DNA of 64,000 nt, taken from positions 512,001 through 576,000 of the forward strand of contig CAVTBU010000007.1 of assembly GCA_963733035.1 (NCBI GenBank), read 5' to 3'. Of the stretch, positions 43,731 through 54,811 are shown piece by piece. Positions within the stretch are counted from its first letter, which is position 1. Each line of letters opens with the position of its first letter. The stretch is from Pirellulales bacterium (GTDB lineage: Bacteria > Planctomycetota > Planctomycetia > Pirellulales > PALSA-1355). The translations under genes and the position numbers were made by a program. Below the pieces are notes generated by a model. That model was not told the origin of the DNA. It saw only the letters and a list, made by a program, of their open reading frames with translations, and made no database searches.

Positions 43731-45053
43731 ATGTCGTTGGTCGATTCGGACGTCAAGCAGATCGTGCTCGGTGGCGGACCGTTCGGGCCGCAGGAAATTA
43801 AGCAGATCGTGTCGGCGATTGCCGAGGACTTCGGTCAATACCGCACGCTCCGCGACTCCGTTTCCGAACTGGAGGCTCGCGAGGACCGCAGCCCCGCCGC
43901 CAGCGTGCGGCTGGGAGTCTGTCAATTCTTGCTCGGTCGCTACTCGCTGGCCGTCGAGGCGCTCAAGGCGGGCGACGGCGGCGCGCTGGCCCACTTCTAT
44001 CTGGCCAAGTGCTACTATGCCCAGGAGCATTACGACCAGGCGGTTGCCTCGTACGAAGCCGCCAAAGGCGCCGGCTACAACGGCGACGATTGCAGCCTTG
44101 GCATGGCCGAATCGCACAGGATGTCCGGCAAGCCTGACGCGGCCCTGGCCACGCTCGACGGCCTTTCGGGAGCCGTGGAGCAAACGGCCGAGTATCTCTA
44201 CCAACGCGGCGCCACCGTCGCGGCGCTGGGAGGCAATCCGGCCGAGGTCGTGGCCCTGTATGAGCGGGCCGTCGAAGCCGATCCGAACCACGGAGGCGCG
44301 CTGTTTGGTCTGGCCAAAGAGAACGATCGCCGCGGCAACGACGACGTGGCCGTCGATTTGTACGAGCGTTCGGCCGGTCAGTTTCCCACCAACGTCGGCA
44401 CGCTGATCAATCTCGGCGTGCTGTTCGAAGACCGGCTCCAGTTCGAAAAAGCCCAGCAGTGCTACCAGCGGATCCTCGACCAGTATCCCAATCATGCCCG
44501 CGCCCGGTTGTTCCTCAAAGACGCCCAGGCCTCCAGCGACATGTTCTACGACGAGGACGCCCAGCGCAAGCGCGACCGCGCGAGCCAGGTGCTGAGCGTT
44601 CCGGTCAGCGATTTCGAACTGTCGGTTCGCAGCCGCAACTGCCTGCAGAAGATGGGCATCCATACCCTCGGCGATTTGGCCCGCTGCACCGAGGCGGAAT
44701 TGCTTGCAAGCAAGAACTTTGGCGAGACGTCGCTGGTTGAAATTCGCGAAATGTTGTCTTCCAAAGGCCTCTCGCTGGGCCAGTTTGCCACCGCCAAGGC
44801 CGAGCCCGAACCGGCCTTCGAACCCGAGTTCATGTCGGCCGACGAACAGGCCATGCTCGATCGCCCGATTGGCGATCTGAACCTCTCGGTGCGTGCCCGC
44901 AAGTGCATGATTCGCCTGGGGCTAAACACGATCGGCGAATTGCTGCGGCGCACCGGCGACGATTTGCTCGAGTGCAAGAACTTCGGCGTCACGAGCCTCA
45001 ATGAGGTACGCGAAAAGCTCACCGCCCAAGGGCTCAAGCTGCGGGGCGACTGA
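43731..45053 (+). CDS. TPR protein with two C-terminal RNA polymerase alpha-CTD-like domains
   Basis: GGAGG RBS; TPRs; [21 protein letters not shown] and [21 protein letters not shown]. Confidence 0.9.
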   Translation: MSLVDSDVKQIVLGGGPFGPQEIKQIVSAIAEDFGQYRTLRDSVSELEAREDRSPAASVRLGVCQFLLGRYSLAVEALKAGDGGALAHFYLAKCYYAQEHYDQAVASYEAAKGAGYNGDDCSLGMAESHRMSGKPDAALATLDGLSGAVEQTAEYLYQRGATVAALGGNPAEVVALYERAVEADPNHGGALFGLAKENDRRGNDDVAVDLYERSAGQFPTNVGTLINLGVLFEDRLQFEKAQQCYQRILDQYPNHARARLFLKDAQASSDMFYDEDAQRKRDRASQVLSVPVSDFELSVRSRNCLQKMGIHTLGDLARCTEAELLASKNFGETSLVEIREMLSSKGLSLGQFATAKAEPEPAFEPEFMSADEQAMLDRPIGDLNLSVRARKCMIRLGLNTIGELLRRTGDDLLECKNFGVTSLNEVREKLTAQGLKLRGD

Positions 45054-45165
45054 TCGCCCGCAAGTCGCTTGCCGCGACATGCCAGATACTCGCGAGCGGG
45101 CCGGTGTTTCGCCGGCCCGTTTGCTTTGGCCGCGGGTCGACGTACTTTCACGGCGAAACGAGCGG

Positions 45166-46296
45166 ATGAACATGAATCGTGCCCCGTTCTCATTCGAAGT
45201 CCACGCGCAAGATGCCGCCACCGCCGCGCGCACCAGCACCTTCCAAACACCTCACGGTGCCGTCGAAATGCCGGCCTTCATGCCCGTCGGCACCCAAGGA
45301 ACGGTCAAAGCCATGACCGTCGACATGCTGCGGGCCAGCGGCGCGCAAATGATCCTGGCCAACACCTACCATTTGGCCCTCCGCCCCGGCGAACAAATCG
45401 TGCGCGAACTGGGCGGTTTGCACCGCTTCTCTGGCTGGGACGGACCAATCCTGACCGACAGCGGTGGCTTTCAGCTCTTCAGCCTGGCCAGCAACACGAA
45501 GATCAGCGAACCGTCGGCCGTGTTTCGCTCGCACATCGACGGCGATCTTTTGGAACTGTCGCCCGAGCGGGCCGTCGAAATCCAGGAAGCTCTGGGCAGC
45601 GATATCGCGATGGTGCTCGATCACGTGGTTGCCCTGCCGAACGAGCCGGAAGTGATTCGTAATGCCATGGAACGAACGCTACGTTGGGCCGCGCGATGTC
45701 AACAGGCGCAAACCCGTGGCGATCAGGCCTTATTTGGCATCGTGCAAGGCGGATTGGATGCGGAGCTACGGGTGGAGTGTGCCCAGCGGCTGGCTGAACT
45801 GAACTTCCCGGGTTACGCCGTGGGAGGATTGAGCGTGGGAGAGACGCCGGCAGAGATGTACCGCGTGCTCGATGTGACGGTGCCGGCCATGCCCGCTGAT
45901 CGTCCACGTTACCTGATGGGCGTCGGCCGTCCCGAGGATCTACTGGAGGCGATCCGTCGCGGCGTCGACCTGTTCGATTGCGTCCTGCCGACGCGTAATG
46001 GCCGCAACGCCTTGGCGTACACCGGCATCGGACCCATTCGCCTGCGCAATTTGCAATACGCCCGCGATCCAAGTCCGCTGGAAGAGGATTGCCCTTGCGC
46101 CGCCTGTCGACACAGCCGCGGATATCTGCGACATCTGTTCTTGGCCAACGAGATGCTGGGTCCGATGCTCGTATCGCTACACAACCTGACCTTCTATCAG
46201 CGTCTGTTGGCCGCGGCGCGCGAGGCCATTTCGGCCGGCAGCTATGCCGCGTTCGCGGACGAGAAACTGCGGGCTCTTGGAGGCTTGGGGGCCTAG
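45166..46296 (+). CDS. tgt: tRNA-guanine transglycosylase
   Basis: [47 protein letters not shown]. Confidence 0.96.
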   Translation: MNMNRAPFSFEVHAQDAATAARTSTFQTPHGAVEMPAFMPVGTQGTVKAMTVDMLRASGAQMILANTYHLALRPGEQIVRELGGLHRFSGWDGPILTDSGGFQLFSLASNTKISEPSAVFRSHIDGDLLELSPERAVEIQEALGSDIAMVLDHVVALPNEPEVIRNAMERTLRWAARCQQAQTRGDQALFGIVQGGLDAELRVECAQRLAELNFPGYAVGGLSVGETPAEMYRVLDVTVPAMPADRPRYLMGVGRPEDLLEAIRRGVDLFDCVLPTRNGRNALAYTGIGPIRLRNLQYARDPSPLEEDCPCAACRHSRGYLRHLFLANEMLGPMLVSLHNLTFYQRLLAAAREAISAGSYAAFADEKLRALGGLGA

Positions 46297-46563
46297 CGGT
46301 GTGCCGCATCGTGCGGTGCCCTTGTCCCTTTTGGGGTAGCACTTTAAGATACGCGTTTCGCATCGGGATCGCGGCAAAACCGTGTGCTGGCGGCTTGTGC
46401 TGCCAGCGGATCGTCGGGCACGGTCGTAACCTGCCGGCGCAAGGCGGATTCTCTGTTGGCCCACGCTCGATGGCCGCGGTGAAATGATCGCGCCAAGCCT
46501 GGCAGGCTGGCACGACGTGCCGTCGGCTCCCGACAACACCGTCAAACCAGAGCGGGACTGATC

Positions 46564-46929
46564 TTGGACCACCTAATCTTCTTCTTGTTGGCGCAAGCCC
46601 CCAAGGCGGCACCGGCCTCCGACGAGGGGCCTCAGATCCTGCAGCTGCTGATCCCGGTCGGCGCGGCAATTGCACTTTATTACTTCATGATTTTGCGGCC
46701 CGAGCGACGCAAACAGCAGGGCCAGCGTTCGCGGCTCGACACGCTCAAAAAGAACGACCGCGTGGTGACCATCGGCGGAATCTACGGCGTGGTCATGAAC
46801 GTACAACGCGACACGGACGAAGTGACGCTCAAAATCGACGAGACGACGAACGCGAAAATGCGCGTCACGTTTGGCGCCATCGCACGCGTCGTCGGCGATG
46901 AGGCGTCCAGCGACAAAACAACCTCCTAG
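46564..46929 (+). CDS. yajC: preprotein translocase subunit YajC
   Basis: YFMILRP, LKKNDRVVTIGGIYG; tgt-yajC-secD synteny. Confidence 0.93.
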   Translation: MDHLIFFLLAQAPKAAPASDEGPQILQLLIPVGAAIALYYFMILRPERRKQQGQRSRLDTLKKNDRVVTIGGIYGVVMNVQRDTDEVTLKIDETTNAKMRVTFGAIARVVGDEASSDKTTS

Positions 46930-46946
46930 ACCAGGGACTATCTCTC

Positions 46947-49900
46947 ATGGCTTGGTATTCGAATCTGGCTTGGATCATCGCTCAGGCGGCGCCCAAGGTC
47001 GAAGCGGCAGCGGCCGACGCCGTGCCGGACGCGGCGGGCGACCAAATGACCGGCACGCTGAAACTACTCGTAGCCTTGGGAATCATTGTCGGCTCCTTCG
47101 TACTCGGTTCATTGCTGGCCAATGCGCTGCGCATGAAGGATTACGGATTTCGCCTGGGCATCGTGATCTTCTCGCTCGTGGCCGGCGTCGCGATTTGCTA
47201 CTTCGGCTGGCCGCCGAAACGCGGCATCGACCTCAGCGGCGGCGTGGTGCTCGTCTATGAAGTCGACACTTCCAGCGGCAGCTCCGACTGGATGGCGACC
47301 GCCGTCAAGGACATCAATGAGGATCTCAACGACGAGGGGGGCGAGAAGCTTGTCGCCCGTCCCGTCGGCGAAGACCGCATCGAGATCGTCGTGCCCGCCG
47401 GCGTCGACATCACGGCGGTCGAAAAGAAAGTCGACGCCATGCGCGACTCGGTGGGCATCGTGCTCAACATCGAAAGTCGCGAGAAACGAGACGGCAACAC
47501 CGTGCTGCAGTATCGGGCCGATGCGCGGCAACAGCGAGCCGTGGACATGTCGAAGCTGATCGGCGCGATCCAACGCCGTATCAATCCCGGCGGCGTCAAG
47601 GAACTGACCATCCGCCAATACGGTGCCGAGCAGATCGAAGTGATCATTCCCGAAGTCGAAGAGCGGGAAGTCGAAACGATCAAGAAAAAGATCAGCACCA
47701 GCGGCCTGTTGAACTTCCGCATCGTGGCCAATCCGACCGACGATCGCGAACTGATCCGGGCCGCCCAGCGAACGACCGGACGCGACGTCTACATCGGCGG
47801 CCGTTTGGCCGGCCGTTGGGTCAAGGCCGGTCCCGAGTTGCCGCAATCGCTGCCGCCCCCGCGGGCCACCTACCGCAAAGCACCGGACGGCAGTATGGAA
47901 GTCCTGGTGCGGATGGATCCGTTCAACGTCGACGGTCGCTATCTGACCCGCGCCGGCCAAGGTTTCGACGACCGCGGCGGCCTGTCGGTCGATTTCTCGT
48001 TCGACAGCATCGGGGCCGAAAAATTTCGCCGGCTGACCAATCGCAATCTGCCGGACGACGCAACCGGCATGAAACGCAGCCTGGGAATCATTCTCGACAA
48101 TGAGATGCTCTCGGCGCCCAACATTATCAGCACGATTGGAGGCCGCGGACAAATCAGCGGCAACTTCACCGAGGATGAAATTGACGTCCTGGTGGGCATT
48201 CTCAATGCCGGCAGTCTGCCTGCCTCGCTCCGGCCCAATCCGATCAGCCAGCAGCGAATCAGCGCGCAGCTGGGCGACGACACGATTCGCGCCGGCGCCA
48301 ATGCGATGCTCATTTCGACCGCCGCCATTTTGCTGTTCATGCTCGTCTACTATCGCTTCGCCGGCATGGTCGCCGACGTCGCCGTGACGTTGAACGTGAT
48401 CATTACCGTGGCGCTGATGATCCTGATCAAGGCCGCCTTCACGCTGCCCGGTCTGGCCGGTCTGGTGTTGACCGTCGGCATGGCCGTCGATGCCAACGTG
48501 CTGATCTACGAACGGATCCGCGAGGAATCCGAGCGCGGGTCGTCGCTCCGGATGGCCATCCGCAACGGCTTCTCGCGCACCACCGGCACGATTGTCGACG
48601 CCAATATCACCACCCTGATCACGGCGGTCGTGCTGTATGTCATCGGCACCGACCAGATCAAGGGGTTTGCCGTCACGTTGATTATCGGTTTGCTGGTGAG
48701 CATGTTCACGGCCATCTTTGTATCGCGGGTGATCTTTGACATCGCCGAACGCAAGCGATGGCTTTCCCACCTCAAGATGATGCGGATCGTGGGCCACACG
48801 AATTTCGATTTCATTCGCTACCGCACTCCCGCCATCGCCGTCTCGCTGATCCTGATCGTGATTGGGTTGGCCGCCATGGTCTCGCGCGGCAAGGAGCTGC
48901 TCGACATTGACTTCACGGGCGGATCGAGCGTGCAGGTAGTGTTTGCCGAGGGCAAGCCGCAGAAGATTGCCGATGTTCGCACGGCGGTGGTCGAGTTGCC
49001 CGACGTGGCCGTGAGCAGCGTCGGTGAAGGCGATCTGGAATTCAAAATCGACACGTCCGACCGCGAGATTACGCACGTTCAAGGCGTGCTGAAGGAGGCC
49101 TTCGGCGACGAACTGAAGACCTATAGCATGAGCTACGGCGAACTGTCGAAGATCGAGCCTGAGCAGCCGGCTGACGAAACCGGCGCCGGCGAAGCAAAGC
49201 CGGAGCAAGAACCAACCGAACCCGCCGCGCCCGCCGCGGCCGACAAGCCGGCCGAAAGTCCTGGCGAAACGCCGTCCCCAGCCGATAACGCGGAAAAAGC
49301 CGCGCCGGCTCCTGCCGCGACGCCGGCCGAAACCGACACGCCGGCCGAGGAATCGCCCCCGGCCGAACCCTCCCCGCCCGAGGAGTCGCAATCGTCGTTG
49401 GCACGGAGCAACCCGTTCCAATTCGCCTCCTACCTGCAAGAAGAACCGCAGGACGACCAAGATAAGCCCGAGGAACCCGCCGCAGAAACGCCGGCCGAAG
49501 ATAAGGCGCCAGTAGAGAAGGCAGCGGAAGCGAAGCCAACGGAGCCGCCCGCCGCGGAAAGCAAAGAGCCGTCTAAGGAAGCGACCCCGGCCGAATCGCC
49601 CGCTGCCAACGAGCGGCCGGCGGAGTCGCGCGAAGTGCCCGTCGATGGCTCGATGGTGGGTGGTACTCGCGTCGAGCTGAAATTTCCCGAAGCGATCTCC
49701 CATCAGCCGCTGAGCGAGCTCGTGCAACAGCAGCTAGACGCCATGAAGCAGACCGATGCCGGGTTTCGGTTGACGAACCCGGAGTATCAGACGGGAAGCG
49801 AGCAGCGGTTTGAAACCTGGACGCTGGAAACGACGCTCGGCACCGCCCAGACAAAGGAGCTGCTCGACGGCATGCAACAGGCCTTGGCCGATACCCCGGT

Positions 49901-50525
49901 CTTTCCCTCGTCGAGCGAAATCGGCGGCAAGGTGGCCGGCGATACACAGATGATGGCCACCTACGCGATGCTGGCCAGCATGGTGATGATCGTGCTCTAT
50001 GTCTGGATTCGCTTCCAAAACGTGATCTTCGGTCTGGCCGCCGTGGTGGCGTTGCTGCACGACGTGCTCGTGTCGCTGGCGTTCCTGGCCATGAGCTTCT
50101 ACCTGTCGCCGTACATGGAAGCGCTGCTGGTCGACCCGTTCAAAGTCAGCCTGCCGGTCGTGGCGGCTCTGCTCACGATCGTCGGTTTTTCGATCAACGA
50201 CACGATCGTGATTTTCGACCGCATCCGCGAAGTCCGCGGCAAGAGTCCGGACCTGACGCCGACGATGATCAATTTGAGTGTCAATCAAACCTTGTCTCGC
50301 ACGCTGCTCACCTCGGGCACCGTGTTCATCGCCAGCATCATCTTGTATATCGTGGGTGGACCGGGCATTCATGCCTTTGCCTTCACGATGGTGGTGGGAG
50401 TCATCGCCGGTACCTACAGTTCGGTGTACATTGCGGCGCCGGTGCTGTTGTGGCTGCGAAAATCTTCGAGCACGCCGTCCGCTGCCAGCGAAGCCTATCC
50501 GGCCGCGGCCGCGCGGGGAAACTGA
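46947..50525 (+). CDS. secDF: fused protein translocase SecDF
   Basis: GIDLSGG, GMAVDANVLIYERIRE, IDFTGG, GFSINDTIVIFDRIRE, GTYSS. Confidence 0.95.
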   Translation: MAWYSNLAWIIAQAAPKVEAAAADAVPDAAGDQMTGTLKLLVALGIIVGSFVLGSLLANALRMKDYGFRLGIVIFSLVAGVAICYFGWPPKRGIDLSGGVVLVYEVDTSSGSSDWMATAVKDINEDLNDEGGEKLVARPVGEDRIEIVVPAGVDITAVEKKVDAMRDSVGIVLNIESREKRDGNTVLQYRADARQQRAVDMSKLIGAIQRRINPGGVKELTIRQYGAEQIEVIIPEVEEREVETIKKKISTSGLLNFRIVANPTDDRELIRAAQRTTGRDVYIGGRLAGRWVKAGPELPQSLPPPRATYRKAPDGSMEVLVRMDPFNVDGRYLTRAGQGFDDRGGLSVDFSFDSIGAEKFRRLTNRNLPDDATGMKRSLGIILDNEMLSAPNIISTIGGRGQISGNFTEDEIDVLVGILNAGSLPASLRPNPISQQRISAQLGDDTIRAGANAMLISTAAILLFMLVYYRFAGMVADVAVTLNVIITVALMILIKAAFTLPGLAGLVLTVGMAVDANVLIYERIREESERGSSLRMAIRNGFSRTTGTIVDANITTLITAVVLYVIGTDQIKGFAVTLIIGLLVSMFTAIFVSRVIFDIAERKRWLSHLKMMRIVGHTNFDFIRYRTPAIAVSLILIVIGLAAMVSRGKELLDIDFTGGSSVQVVFAEGKPQKIADVRTAVVELPDVAVSSVGEGDLEFKIDTSDREITHVQGVLKEAFGDELKTYSMSYGELSKIEPEQPADETGAGEAKPEQEPTEPAAPAAADKPAESPGETPSPADNAEKAAPAPAATPAETDTPAEESPPAEPSPPEESQSSLARSNPFQFASYLQEEPQDDQDKPEEPAAETPAEDKAPVEKAAEAKPTEPPAAESKEPSKEATPAESPAANERPAESREVPVDGSMVGGTRVELKFPEAISHQPLSELVQQQLDAMKQTDAGFRLTNPEYQTGSEQRFETWTLETTLGTAQTKELLDGMQQALADTPVFPSSSEIGGKVAGDTQMMATYAMLASMVMIVLYVWIRFQNVIFGLAAVVALLHDVLVSLAFLAMSFYLSPYMEALLVDPFKVSLPVVAALLTIVGFSINDTIVIFDRIREVRGKSPDLTPTMINLSVNQTLSRTLLTSGTVFIASIILYIVGGPGIHAFAFTMVVGVIAGTYSSVYIAAPVLLWLRKSSSTPSAASEAYPAAAARGN

Positions 50526-50553
50526 CGGTTGCGTAAAGCGTATCGACTAGGTA

Positions 50554-50595
50554 ACGCACGACGGTCGTTCGGGCCGTCGTGCGTTTCTCTTTTTG
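50554..50595 (+). terminator. intrinsic terminator after secDF
   Basis: AACGCACGACGG...CCGTCGTGCGTT followed by TCTCTTTTT. Confidence 0.8.
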
Positions 50596-50860
50596 CAGTC
50601 GCGTGTTGGAACTGTTTCGTCGCCTGGCAGCACGCCATTCGCTAGCGGCGCACGAGTTTGCCTAATGCGAACACCAGTGCCGTTCCGCGCCATGGGGCCT
50701 TCGGCAGAAGCCTAACGCGACTTTGCTTTTTCTTGCGAACTGGTGCCACGGGGACTTCCCTTGTGGCCCTTGCGCTCGGATAGTTATTTGAACGTTGTGA
50801 TGCGCCGAGGGGCGGCGGCGCGAGAGTCGAAGCCGTTTTGTAGTGAAATGAGGTTCGAGG

Positions 50861-51481
50861 ATGCCCGTTGGAAAAAAATTGGCGGTCGTGCTGTCGGTAA
50901 TGATTACCGGCGTTAGCGTGGCCCTGTTTTTCCGCAAGGATGCGTCCCCGTTTTGGTTCTGGAGCCGACGCTCCGACGACCCGTTTGCGCAACAGGTCGA
51001 ACGCCGCGTTGGCGGTCAACCCACTTGGACCCCGCCCCAAGCGGCGTCCCAATTGCCGACGGCCACCGCGGCTATTACCCAGCCCGGCCAGGCTCACACA
51101 AGCCCGCCTGGCTACCCGCAAGACACGCGACCAGTCGGTTCGCTGCTCGCGCCGATTGATGGCGTGGTCGACGGTGCCGATAGCGGACGCTATGAAATTG
51201 GCACGCCGCACGACGCTGCCACGGTCGGCGCCGACGGCCAGCGCAGGCATCGCGTTGAAGACGGCGACACGCTCACCAGGCTCGCCGTCCACTACCTGGG
51301 CAGCGCCGACGCCTATCGTCAGATCTACGACCTGAATCGGGACGTGCTCGATAGCCCGGATTTATTGCCGATCGGCGCGGAACTGCGAATTCCCGCCCGA
51401 GTCCAAACCGGCGCCACGGCCTCGGCCGATCCCGCGGCGGCGACGGGCATGGTTCCACTCCCGCCACGTCCGGGCACATAA
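50861..51481 (+). CDS. membrane-anchored LysM domain protein
   Basis: N-terminal TM; HRVEDGDTLTRLA..IYDLN..LPIGAELRIP. Confidence 0.88.
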   Translation: MPVGKKLAVVLSVMITGVSVALFFRKDASPFWFWSRRSDDPFAQQVERRVGGQPTWTPPQAASQLPTATAAITQPGQAHTSPPGYPQDTRPVGSLLAPIDGVVDGADSGRYEIGTPHDAATVGADGQRRHRVEDGDTLTRLAVHYLGSADAYRQIYDLNRDVLDSPDLLPIGAELRIPARVQTGATASADPAAATGMVPLPPRPGT

Positions 51482-51504
51482 AAGTTTGGCGAGCAATGCC
51501 TTCG

Positions 51505-52443
51505 CTACAGCGGCGGCTTTCGCATTTGCCAGGCCAGCGCCGGTTTGATCAGCCGTAGATTGACGAATTCCACGACCATTTCCTGCACGTCGAGACTCTT
51601 TTCGTTGAGCAGTGAAATACCCTGCAAGCTAGTGGCCGGCGTCCGCAGAAGCAGCGTTTGTCGCTCGATGGGGAGCGAATTCGAAACGTCGTGAAATTTG
51701 GCTAGCGCCGTATACAGCCGCTTCGCTTCCGCCAGCATGTGTGCATTGCGGGCGCCGCTGATGATCAGCAGTGCGATATCATTGCGGACCGCAGGATCGA
51801 CCACCGCATCACTAATTCGTACTCCCTTGAAACTCCACTCCGGCGAGATCAACACCAGGGCTTTCACGTCCTGTCCCTGCTTGCCCGTGGCCAACGCGGG
51901 CCAACTCCAATCGAGTACCGCCCAATTGATTGCCAGGCTGGCACCCATGTCGACGCCCACGAGTCCCAGCCGCTCGATGTTCAACTCACCTAGGTTGTTC
52001 TTCTTCATCAGGAAGCCTTTGACCGCTTCGAGATCGCGACGAATCATGTCGGCATAGTCGTCCGTGCGAACGTGCCGAATGCCCAGCATGCTATCGCCGT
52101 GCCCACGCAAGTCCGGCGCGATCACGGCACTGCCGGCCAGTTGAAGTTTGCGGGCCAAGGAATCGACGTCGGCGCGGCTTCCGTTGTATCCGTGCAGTAT
52201 GATGACGGCGGCGGCCTTTTTTCCTGCCCGACTCGGATAATAGGTTGCCGTCAGGGTCTTGTCGTCGGTGGTTTTGATACTGACGACTTCGGGCGGTAGG
52301 GGCTTGTCCTGCCCCTGCTCTTGCCCCGGGGCCGAAGCAGACCAGCCAAGTATCGCCGCCGAGCAGGCCAGCGTCGATAGCACGATCCGAGTACCGTGGG
52401 CTAAGTCACTATGCGGTGCGAACATGCAAGTCATGGCCACCAA
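51505..52443 (-). CDS. secreted alpha/beta hydrolase-fold protein
   Basis: LHGYNG, APDLRGHGDS, elbow GVDMG; start uncertain. Confidence 0.8.
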   Translation of the reverse strand: MVAMTCMFAPHSDLAHGTRIVLSTLACSAAILGWSASAPGQEQGQDKPLPPEVVSIKTTDDKTLTATYYPSRAGKKAAAVIILHGYNGSRADVDSLARKLQLAGSAVIAPDLRGHGDSMLGIRHVRTDDYADMIRRDLEAVKGFLMKKNNLGELNIERLGLVGVDMGASLAINWAVLDWSWPALATGKQGQDVKALVLISPEWSFKGVRISDAVVDPAVRNDIALLIISGARNAHMLAEAKRLYTALAKFHDVSNSLPIERQTLLLRTPATSLQGISLLNEKSLDVQEMVVEFVNLRLIKPALAWQMRKPPL

Positions 52444-52797
52444 GGCTCCTGGATTGGATTCCGGATAGGATGTCGAACCGCCGGCGCGTCGATTTCACGA
52501 TGCCCGCCAATTTCATCGTAAGTTCGCCAATCGGCGCCCGTCAACGTGGCGCCGGATCGACATTTCGGAAAAGAAATGCTGCCCTGAAGCCCGTTTCAGG
52601 CAATAAACGCGGGTCTTTGGTGCGATTCGGTTGATATGGGAAAATGCGCGCCGCGGTGCCGCTTGCCTGGGAAGCGGTTGCACTTTGGCGCGATGTGGAA
52701 GAAGATGAATAAATTGCCGCGCTTCTCGATTTTCGGGATCGGCAACCGCTTGTAGCAGGGAAACTGGCACACGCACCCCATTCCAGCGGCACCTTCG

Positions 52798-54780
52798 GTG
52801 AATGTACTGACCCGCATGCGGCAATGGTGGATCACGCGCGAGCGCGTGGACGACTCGCCCTGGGACGGCGATACGCCGGCCTGGTTGCTGAGCTTGCTCG
52901 TGCATCTGGGGATCCTTGTCGGGCTGACGCTGGTGGTGATCGCGCGGCCCGAAAAGCAACAGTTCGTCTCGGTGCTGGCCACCACGGTGGAGCCGCCGGA
53001 TCCACTGACGACAAGCGAAGACTTTGCCTACTCGGAAGTGCCGAAGGACGAAATTGGAGCCGCGTCCGCCGGACGTGCCGATGCGAACTTTGCCTTGGCG
53101 CCGGCCCTCTCGCTCGAGCCGACCCCGGCCGAGCTCGAAATCGACGATCAGCCCTTGGTTACCGAAGCGGTGCCGATGCGCGAAGAGATTCGCCTGGCCA
53201 CGGGGCCCAAATTCGCCGAGAACCTGACAATCATGGGTTCGGCCGGCGTGGGAGCCGTGGGCACCGGGGGCGCCATCGATCGACTGACGCAGGAAATCGT
53301 GCTCAAGTTGGAAGAGCGGCCGACCTTGATTGTCTGGCTGTTCGATCAGTCGGGCAGCTTGGAACGGCAACGGGGCGAAATCGCCAAGCGGTTTGGCCGC
53401 ATCTACGACGAACTGGGCGTGATCGAGGCCAGCGGCAAAGAGGCTTTCGCCAAACATGAGGATAAGCCGCTGCTCACCTCCATCGTCGAGTTCGGCCAGA
53501 ATGTGACGTTCCTGACACCCAAGCCAACCGACGACATCGACGAAATCAAGGCCGCCGTGGCCAGCATCAAGACCGACGACAGCGGCATCGAACGCACTTT
53601 TGGCGCCGTGGCCCAAACCATCGAGCGTTACCGTCCGCTCCGAACGCAAGCACCGCGGCGAAACGTAATGCTCGTCATTTTCACCGACGAAGTGGGCGAC
53701 GACGAAAACGACCTGGATCGCACGGTCGCGATTGCCAGGCGACTGGAAATTCCCGTGTATTGCATCGGCGTGCCCGCACCGTTCGGACGGCGCGACGCCA
53801 GCATCAAATACGTCGATCCCGACCCGAAGTACGACCAAACGCCGCAGCCGGTGGCCGTGCGTCAGGGCCCCGAGTCGTTCATGCCAGAGCTCGTCAAGAT
53901 CGGCGAGGAAACCGACGACGCGCTCGACTCAGGCTTCGGTCCCTACAGCCTCACCCGGCTCTGTTATGAAACGGGCGGCATCTTTTTCGCCGTGCATCCA
54001 AATCGACGGGAGGGGCGGACGATCAGTTGGCGCGAGACGACCGTGTTGTCGGCGCAACTCAGCCATTTCTTCAATCCCGATCGGATGCGCAACTATCGCC
54101 CTGACTACGTGTCAATCAAGGAGTATCAGCGGCTGCTGTCCGAGAACAAGGCTCGCCAGGCCTTGGTGCAGGCGGCACAAATGTCGTGGCTTACGCCGAT
54201 GGACAAACCGACCATGACCTTTCCGAAAGTCAGCGATGCCGATTTGGCCAACCGGCTTTCACGCGCGCAGCAGGCGGCCGCCGTGCTCGAGCCAAAAATC
54301 GAGCGACTCTATGAGACGCTCGCGATGGGCGAGAAGGACCGGCCGAAGTTGACGACTCCCCGCTGGCAGGCCGGTTATGACTTGTCGATGGGACGCGTCC
54401 TGGCGATGAAAGTTCGCACCGAAAGTTACAACGCCATGCTGGCCAAGGCCAAACAGGGGATGCGGTTCACCAACGCCAAGAACGATACCTGGCAACTCGC
54501 GAGGGCGGATCAGATCTCCGTGGGCAGCGTGCTCGAAAAGCAGGCCGCCCTGGCCCGGCAATACCTCGAACGCGTCGTGAAAGAGCACCCCGGCACCCCC
54601 TGGGCCCTGTTGGCCGAGCGCGAGCTGAAAGAACCCTTCGGCTGGGAGTGGCGTGAAACCTATACCGGCGTGAATCAGCCCCGGCAGGTGGCGGCCAACA
54701 ACAATCCTCCCCGGCAGCGGCGCGATGACAAAGCCCGCATGCTTCCGCGGCCCGAGCGCCGTCCACCGCCCAAGCTGTAG
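52798..54780 (+). CDS. von Willebrand factor A domain membrane protein
   Basis: SLLVH TM, MIDAS DQSGS, IFTDE, ETGG. Confidence 0.85.
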   Translation: MNVLTRMRQWWITRERVDDSPWDGDTPAWLLSLLVHLGILVGLTLVVIARPEKQQFVSVLATTVEPPDPLTTSEDFAYSEVPKDEIGAASAGRADANFALAPALSLEPTPAELEIDDQPLVTEAVPMREEIRLATGPKFAENLTIMGSAGVGAVGTGGAIDRLTQEIVLKLEERPTLIVWLFDQSGSLERQRGEIAKRFGRIYDELGVIEASGKEAFAKHEDKPLLTSIVEFGQNVTFLTPKPTDDIDEIKAAVASIKTDDSGIERTFGAVAQTIERYRPLRTQAPRRNVMLVIFTDEVGDDENDLDRTVAIARRLEIPVYCIGVPAPFGRRDASIKYVDPDPKYDQTPQPVAVRQGPESFMPELVKIGEETDDALDSGFGPYSLTRLCYETGGIFFAVHPNRREGRTISWRETTVLSAQLSHFFNPDRMRNYRPDYVSIKEYQRLLSENKARQALVQAAQMSWLTPMDKPTMTFPKVSDADLANRLSRAQQAAAVLEPKIERLYETLAMGEKDRPKLTTPRWQAGYDLSMGRVLAMKVRTESYNAMLAKAKQGMRFTNAKNDTWQLARADQISVGSVLEKQAALARQYLERVVKEHPGTPWALLAERELKEPFGWEWRETYTGVNQPRQVAANNNPPRQRRDDKARMLPRPERRPPPKL

Positions 54781-54811
54781 CCGCCGTGCCGGATCTGCCC
54801 GGTCTGCCCCC

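Noticed and set aside
46508..46524. Second sigma54 promoter before yajC (TGGCACG)
   Set aside because: Lacks TTGC at the -12 position.
47109..49727. 872-aa antisense ORF and other long shadow ORFs (e.g. 52513-53838, 43638-44663)
   Set aside because: They are opposite-strand shadows of real GC-rich genes with no motifs.
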